From the NCBI GenBank assembly GCA_964106915.2, contig OZ066919.1: 64,000 nucleotides of DNA. One strand, given 5' to 3'. This stretch comes from Podarcis gaigeae (lineage: Eukaryota). Below are positions 52,601-61,600 of the stretch, in pieces. Every line of letters begins with the position of its first letter. Position 1 is the first letter of the stretch. The notes beneath the pieces were generated by a model. It was not told where the DNA came from. It made no database searches and was given only the letters and a program-made list of their open reading frames with translations. Position numbers and translations under genes: made by a program.

Positions 52601-55600
52601 TACTACTACATAATTAAATAAAGATGAATCATTCATTCATCTCTAAGAAAAGATGGTGCTTTTGAGTACCTTGGAAGGTAAAATTTCAGAAATAAATGCT
52701 CAAGCCATGTCAGAAAGGACTCACAATCCTTCAGGAAGGCTGAATTGATTTGTTCGAAATCAAAAGAAGTTGCTGATATAGGTGCTAACAACCCTTATAT
52801 GAAAGCAGATTAAAGCAGTATTTGAAATTAACATTCTAAAGGTAATGCAAATATAAAGACTGTATGGAATACTGAGCTGCTAATTTATCAACCAAACTAT
52901 TGGTGCTACATATTGCAACAAGAAATATACTTGTGAATGGGCAGTGTGCAAATGTTATTTGTTCTCATATACAACTGGAGTTAACGTATGGCCAAAATCT
53001 AAAGAAATGAAGTCACCTTAAAATATTGTAGTAGTAGCTTTAGTTATAAGTATCCTATGTAATGTTGAGAGACTGAAAACACATTGAACCACAGAAGTCA
53101 TCCATTTAGAATACTGGAAATTGTGTGCTTAAAAGCAGTGGACTTCACAACTTTCTACATCAACTCAACCTGCATCCCTGCTATGCTGTGGCATTGATTT
53201 GCAACTCACCTTAGTCAGTCACAACGCACCCATGTCCTAGAGTACTGGAAAGGGATAGACTACAAAGACATTCTATAATGTGTGATATTCAGACACACAG
53301 AGCCTTAAGATCTCTTTTTTTAGAACATGTCACAGGTTTGTCAGCAGAATGAGTGTGCTCAAAATAAATGATGAAGTACGTCACATTGTTGCAACAATGC
53401 CAGAAATAAAGAGCTTTGTCACCATTTTACAGACTACTGCATATTTATAAGCTTAATGCTGTGTGGATATTCTAAAGACGCCCATATCTAGTTATAAAGT
53501 AAATTGGAGTGGTGATCCTTGTGCTCATTACATTTCTGCACTCCAGAAATTTTCCAGCACAAATTTTCATGCAGAATTTTTCCATTAAATTTATGAATAA
53601 CCATAAATTGAGGTATAGAGCAGGCCATAGTTTCTTATTCAGCGCACAGGAAAATTTGACATAGTTGCTTCATATAATAGTACTAAAATTAATCAGTGAG
53701 GAGGCAGGGAAGGGAGAGAACATGCAGCCTTTAACACTTTTGTGAAATTTGAATGAACATCATTTCTGCAAAAAAGAAAAGTGATAGAAGTGCCCTTGAA
53801 GATAAATGAATTACTAGAGCTCTGTTTATCAAAGTGCAATAACTAAGTTAAGTAACCAAATAATGTAATGGTGCGTGGGAGGATGGATGGACTGAATAAA
53901 ATGTACAGATATGCAAAGGTATGTGGGTGTCGAAGAAATTTAGCAAAGCAATTAAAAAAACTAGCAGTTCTAAACTAGGACAAAAAATAATAATCATACA
54001 TCTCTCAATGTTTTCTCTTTCACACAGAATTTGAAGAGAGATACAACTAGAAACAAAAGAGATGAAACTAGAAGCGTAAGATTCTATCTTAGTTAAATTT
54101 TTTGCAGGGCCTCAGCAAATGTGATCACCATACTGTTTGCTTTCTTGCTCATAAAGCATCAGAGTGTGGTTGTCACACATCTTCTTGGAAACTTGCGTAA
54201 GGCAGATTACTGGTCAGCAGGACATGAACCAAGGTATGTCTTATGAGGTTTGGGAAAGTCACAACACAAGATAAAGATGTCAGGACTTAATATGGTGATA
54301 GGAAAGTACTGAGAAGCATGCATTGAAACAAACTCTGCTCTCTGCTTGTGGCATATTTATGTGATTGAAAATAAAATAAAATAAAAAATGATTCACTGAG
54401 GTGAAACTTCCCTTGGGCAAGTTGTTTAACAAGATGACCTACTGGACTCCTTCCAATTCTAGGATTGATGCATCTATTTAGCATCCACGAACACAACTTC
54501 CTGCCATGAGTCCTAATTCTGTAGAATAACACATACTCCATCTCCATGGATATCTATCGTATGATCAGTCACACTATTATTATCTGCTAAATTTGGATAG
54601 GTTTGGGATCTTTATACATGCACCTGAAAAAGACATTCCACAAATGCTGTCAAAAGAATTTCAAACTCTGAGTCATACTGCTGCACATCCTCACCTGTAT
54701 TCTCCATATTTTTGTCAGCTCATCTAATGATAACTTGCTGCCCAGGAGTTCAATAATTCCTTTTATACGATCACAATATTGTGCTTGGTCTATGTTACCT
54801 AGTGAAAGAAACAGGACAGTGAGCCTAACCAGAAGGAATGCCTTAATCAAGTTTTTGATATGGTAATAACAAAATATATACTCCTTCAAAACAACTAAGA
54901 AGAGGTTCAGTAACGTGAAGATCTGTTTTCTAACAACCCTTTCCATCTCATTCACTACACAACTAAGAACCTTAATATTATTAAAAATGCCCTTTCTTCC
55001 CCAATGGCTTGGTGCTGGTAGCACCCAAGATACTTCTAAAAATACCAGACAATTTGAAAGACTCATTAAAATATGAACTTTTACCAGGAATATCTACACC
55101 AAAATATTCAGATACATGAATGGTTCAGACAAAGTGCTGTGTTTTAGCATTATGAGTCTTAGCTCATATACTTTATTCTCGTACTGTGGTGTGGCTGCAA
55201 AAAGTACACAATTTTAGCATCCATCAGTTTTTTTAATCATCCAAAGCCAAACAACACTTCATCTTAACAATGGTTAATTGAAACAAGCCAAGTTTCTAAA
55301 CTATGGTTTGTGTCAATCGACCACTGTTAAGATAAACCACAGTTTGCCTGGGTTTGGACAACATTCTGAATTTATTTTAATCATGTAAGTAGAAGCTTCA
55401 CATCATTTCCTTGCAGCCAACCTGGAGGAAGAGGAGTGAGGCAGCATGCAAGTACAAGGCTCACTTTCATTAACACCAAACATAGTTTAGCACACCTTCT
55501 GACTGCAACCACAATATCAACTTTCTTTCTGTTCAGAAATGCAGCAGGATATGAAAAACTTACCTTCTAATGCAATTGAAAGAACAGAGTTTTCTACTAG

Positions 55601-58600
55601 CCAGTTTAATAACCGATCTGTATCTATTGCGTTCTTTACTGATTTGGATACAGTGCTGTCTTCAATAAGTTTTGTTACCTAAAAATTAACACAGTGTCAC
55701 TCAGAGGATTTGTAACAACTAGATATATCAATAGCCAAAGTTAGTTGCTGTATGTATGGGTGGTTCTTGGGAAGGCTGTAAATATGTGTCTTCACTGTGA
55801 AGGTTTGCAAGGCCTGAAACACTAAATACTTGGAAGATCCAGGGAATAAGCAAAACTATATCCTATTTTTCATGACTGCACTGAGCAGTGCCCAGCTCTG
55901 TAAAATCATTAATATTTCAATGGCCTCATGAAAAGTTTATTAGGCCTTTTAAATGCACACTAACACCATATATTTGCCACTTATTCCATAAGTGAACTTC
56001 AAATGGATTTATAGCCATGGATAGAATCTAAGAATCTTTTGATTCCTCCTATGCCTCTGAATTTTCTCTTTGAAAGCTTTATGATCCAAATCAGCAATGG
56101 TTATCATTAAGTTGCTACGGTTAATGAGCTAGAGAACTAGCCTTTAACTACTGGATCAGGACCCATTCATGGGCTGCAGCCTGATCCATGGTGGCTCGCA
56201 AGAGGAGCACCACCACCATGCACATATATGGTAAAAGATCAATAAAATGGTCGCCAAATGAGTGTTTGGGATAAAAGTGTGTCCTAGATCTGCGAAAGTT
56301 GAAAATACCCGATTGTGAATGTCAATCTAATCAGTTGAAGATTTTAGCATAGCAAACTTACTTCTTTGAGAGAGTTCATTTTTGCACTGAAGTGTGGCGA
56401 TTTCAGCATACGCAACAGGATATCTAAGCGCAGGTCATCTACTACTGTTACCAAGTCAGGTTGGAATCGCATGCAAAGGAGCTTGATGGCAGACAAGAGT
56501 TCAGGGATACTGACCAGCCTCTGCGAAACATAAGAATTATGAGCGCTTTTTAGAGATCTCAGTGATGAATTCAAGTGGCAAGGAAGATACCACCTAAGTT
56601 CAGGCAGCCTTTAAAACTGTACGGGTAGGGCTGCCATATTTCAAAAGGTGAAAATCCAGACACAAAAGTTGTTGAGCATTTTTCTGGCAAAAGTTATTAA
56701 GCTTTTTTTAGTTTTGTTTGTCTATAAAACAAGCTTTGAAAAAGCAATAGCTATACAAGTTTTGAACCTCCTATAACAAAGAGTGCTGATTTGCAACTAT
56801 TGTGGATGTAGACCAGGCATAGGCAAACTTGGCCCTCCAGATGTTTTCGGACTACAACTCCGATCATCCCTAACTAACAGGACCAGTGGTCAGGGATGAT
56901 GGGAGTTGTAGCCCAAAACATCTGGAGGGCCGAGTTTGCCTATGCCTGATGTAGACTGCTACACGGAAGCAACCATTCTAGCAGGGCCACGCCACCAGCT
57001 CCACTAAAAGACTTGCTTTATCGGGCTCTTTCTGTCCCTGAACAATTCTATTCCATGCTGTCATTATAGAAATTACTATTTATTTGTTTTTTAAATGGGT
57101 ATCCTGAGTTTCCTCTTCCTTCCCAAGCCCTTCTTTCTTGTGCATCATGTGTTTTAGACTGTAAGTCTGTAGGCAGGCACTTTCCTGTATTAACTGACTC
57201 CATGTAAGTTACCCGGCTGAAGAGCTAGGTAAACATGTTCTAAATAAATCATAAATATAGAACAAATTACTTTATAAAGGAAAGTGTGTACTAAGCACAC
57301 TGCAGCTGACAGCATTAATGGCTAAATCTTCTAATGCTGATTATTTGTCAAGTGTCATTACAAGTGTTTCACCAAGCATTAGTTAAGTACACACATGCTT
57401 TTAAGCATGGGAGCAGCAGCATTAGCTAACAGAATGTCAGTTTTACACTTTCAAATTGCAGTTCAAGTTGTAGGTCATATCTGAAAAATCAGGTTTTACC
57501 TTGTCTTTCAGGTCCTTCTCTTCAACATTCTGTACATATTTAATCATATTGTGAATTACTGGATCCAGCATGGGCTGTAAAACAAGAAACAGGCATTCTG
57601 TATGGGCTTTCTTGAAATGGAAAACTTTTATTCCTGCACCCTTCTGAAGATCAGGGAAGTTTCCCCAAGTGGGATTTAATGTGGTGCAGAAAACAAAAAT
57701 TGCAACCACTCTCCCCTGAGCAAAAGTATATTCCACTCATGCTCAGAACATAAGCCTTACGCTAGTGTTCCATTATTTGACACAAACTATGTACAATTAA
57801 AATAGATGTAAGCCAATTTGATGTGAGTATATTTGAAGTAAGGAAGCAAACAAATTGATTATAAAGTGTTGTATCTACTGCTTGCCTGAGTGGAAACTGC
57901 TCACTCAACCAATCTTTTCACCCCCGCCCCTGTAGACCCCTGAACAACATCTCTGGAGGGCTTTCCTATGGGCAACTCTCCCCAAAATGGGCAAAGGAAG
58001 CAAGGTTTTTGTGTCCAGTTTCAGACAACATTCCCCTTCCAGGTAAACAGCCCGTGCTGTTCAATGAAGTCCTCCAGAAAGGCTTTTTAAGTGTCTGTAG
58101 GGAGGAGGAGAAAGATCAGTTGCACAAGCAACCTTCACATGTGACTGTTCGATACTTCCCAATGTAAAAATAAATACAAATCTATATTGGGGTGGGCAAA
58201 TGTTAGATTAGGACCTACTGACTGATCTCTGGGTGGGTTAAAGTAGAACAAGGATTTCCAACTCCCAATTGTTTAACAATGGAAGCAAAATGAATACCCC
58301 CCCCTTCAACTGCTGGAGGAGTGGACTTTTATGTGGAAGGCCTGCAAACTGAGTTTGGTTCTGTCACTAAAAACAAATTCCCAGGTTCAGAATTATTTAA
58401 TTCTAAGTGTACAAATTGGATCTCACAGTCCGCCCACCTCCAATCTGTCCTATAAAGGTATCTCGCAGATTATCTAGAGTTATCCCAAACTGACTGTTGT
58501 TTTTAACAATAATAGCATCAATGTTAATGTGAGCATCATTTGATGTTATTATATTATTATAATATTATGAGTTTCAAAACAAGTATTTTGCAGATTCATT

Positions 58601-61600
58601 ACCTGAAAAACAAACATAAGGCATAGGGCAATGAACCACAGTTGTTTCACTTTTTTTAAAAAAAAAGCTCAGAGCAAGTTACTAATTGTACATAATTTTA
58701 AAGAGAAAGTTACCTGTACTACCGAAGAATTGAGATACTCTGCGCAAACCCCCAAAGGCTGAACTAAAGAAGATACTGCCTAGAAGAAAGAGAAAGCATT
58801 TAAGAACATACACAGAACAGACCCGAGGCAAATACCACAAGAAGGGACCAAACTGGTCCCTAGCATATGAGACTAAGACAAGAGAATGGTATTTGATAAA
58901 GCAGACAGATGAACATGGCTAGTATAGTTTTGCTTGACGACAGCAGCAGCAAATACAGCCTAAAGGTAATGCAATGAAGCACACCAATTCACACTACAGT
59001 TTTACAAGTTGTGTTTGCTTCACCCAGCACATCTTGAGACTAAAATATTACTTCAGTTCCACAACTGCAGAAAATTCATAAGTATTGAACAAGAGCCATC
59101 TACTGTGAAAGATTCATAAAACAAAGGGAAATGATCTGGATTTTAACTTACCCCAAGTTCAATATCTTCTGAATGAAGTTTAGACTGAATTGCAGAAAAT
59201 CCACCTAATTCTGCAAACTAAATAAGTATACAAACAACACCGTCAAAGACATGAACTATATAAATAAAAGTAGTGTGACAGGTCTCAGAAACAGGCATGA
59301 ATAGATGAGCATTTCCTTCAGTTGTCCACTACAGGAAACCGTATCAGTAAGGTATGCTGAGTCTAAGGATTTTACTATTTCAGTAATGGAGGTAAAGGTA
59401 CAACAATTCTCATAGGAGGATAGGAAAACTACTAGTGCAGTTCTCTCTGTCAAAGACTCATATTTTTCTGAAGTTCACCTAGAACACTCAGTTCAATGGC
59501 ATTTCACAGGTAAATTGACGACAAATCCCTTTAAGAGGTAAAACTATTTTTTCATATGCATCATACATTTCTTCTTACTCTATTACAGCTCCAGATAAAT
59601 GATGAAAACTGACACATTAACATTTTGCAAGAATAATGCTGCATACATGCACATGTGCGCACACACATATAAAATGAGCCTTGGAAGCCTCTCCACAGAA
59701 CTCTAGCCTCTCCCTCATATTTGGTGCTAAAAATACTCATCCTGCTGACAAAAACATTCACCTCTCCCATTGTACAAGTGATATCCGCTCTTCATTTCCC
59801 TTCAAATACTTCCCATTCCCTTCAGTTATCACTATAAATTCATCCACTGGATATCATTTAAAAATACATGCCTATATATGATCCTCATCCTTCCAGTGCT
59901 AACATCCTTCACTGACGGAAGTCCTCTTGCTTTAAATTACAACCCATTCATTCTCTTTTGTGATCTCCCTGAATATAGACATGGTGCTAACTCTTCCACT
60001 TCAAATCCTTCCTCAAATGTATCTTATTTTCCCCGTATGTCTTTTGACCAACACTTTTACCCTTATTTCCAACTTAATCTCAGCTTAAATATTTTTAACT
60101 GTATTGCTTCACAGTCATTCTTCTCACCCTCTTTTCGTCCCCCACCCCACCCCAGGAACTGGTTTTATTTTTGTTTAATGAGAGTCTTTATAGTGCCCTA
60201 TATGTGCAGATGGTTCAGAATAAATAATGCTTTATCATTTACTTACCCTATTCACTAAGTCCACTAGCCATCCATGTGGTTCCTAGCCAACAGAGATGTT
60301 AACAAATTAGTAGCATTTCCCCCACAAGGATACTTTGTAAAATAATTGTGTTTTAATTGTGTGTTTCATTTAGAGCTCTAGATTACTACATGCATGACTG
60401 GTCACTGCAAATACAACACATGCACTGCCTGCCGACAACTGCTCAGATAAGGCACATAACATTTCTGGATGAGATGGTTAGCACTATCCACTTCCCAAAC
60501 ATTGCCTAACCTATTATAATGTATTATGGTTTATGAGACTATGATTCTATGGCAAGATTAGGATATGGAGTCGGTGACACAGAATCAGTTATATTTATAA
60601 TCCATAATGGAGAAGAAGGGTTTTTTATTTTTTAAGGAATGAAATTAGAAGCAATATTTTGGCACCAATAAGCTCAATGCTGCAAAAGTGTCTAAAAAGT
60701 CTCATGACCGAATTTTTATTTATCCATTTATCACTTCCTTATATCACTTCCTTAGCCACTATTCAGATCTAAAAGGACTGGAAATTATCACACCCATACG
60801 ACAGTCTAAACCACAGCTACAGTGTGGTCACCACTAAGATCTAGAAGAGAGCACTGTGGTTGGAGTGGTAATTAAACCCTTATTATAGTCAAAGTAGCAG
60901 AAATAATAGCAAACCAAAGGCTACTGTCAATGAGACAGATTGATAAATTGTTAGATATGGGAAAGGGGGTGGGGAGGAAATGGCAATGTTTATTTCAAGT
61001 GACACATATATTGCACTAAAACACAACTTAAATTCTGTCTGACTTCTAGTAAGAGACCTGAAGTGTACACATTTACCTTCTGGAAAGTAGATATGGGTGA
61101 GACAGCATACATATTGCCCTCTCCAAATACTTCTGCCCAGTTCCTTTGGCATACTTTCATTCGGTTCTTGAAGTGGTACTCATTATCAGGATTAAGAGCC
61201 TAAAGTGAAAGGTGTGACAAGAAAGCAGACATATAGGATTAGCAATTTTCCAATGTAAAACACATTTGGATCAAGTGGCTTTTCATAAGGTTTTCCTTCC
61301 TAGGAAAGAAAAGTGTTTGAACATCAAGAAGTACATACACTTTTGCAGAAGCAGGACCAGAACTTCAGAGTGAAGAAATAGAAGACATAGTTTTAGTATC
61401 TGAAAACCAATTTTCTTTGACAAAAGACTGGGTGGCTATTGGAGCCTAGACTGGCGAAATTCATTGCTTCAGATTTTGTTTATGTAGATATTAACATGGA
61501 TGCTTAACTTTGGCTTTTAAAATGAAAAGTGAAATATTGTGAGTGAAACCTCAAAAAGCAGCCCTATACCAGGTTAGAATGTTTGCTCATCCACTCTAGT

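Noticed and set aside
53384-53399. 16-bp perfect palindrome CATTGTTGCAACAATG
   Set aside because: About one such palindrome is expected by chance in 64 kb; no supporting context
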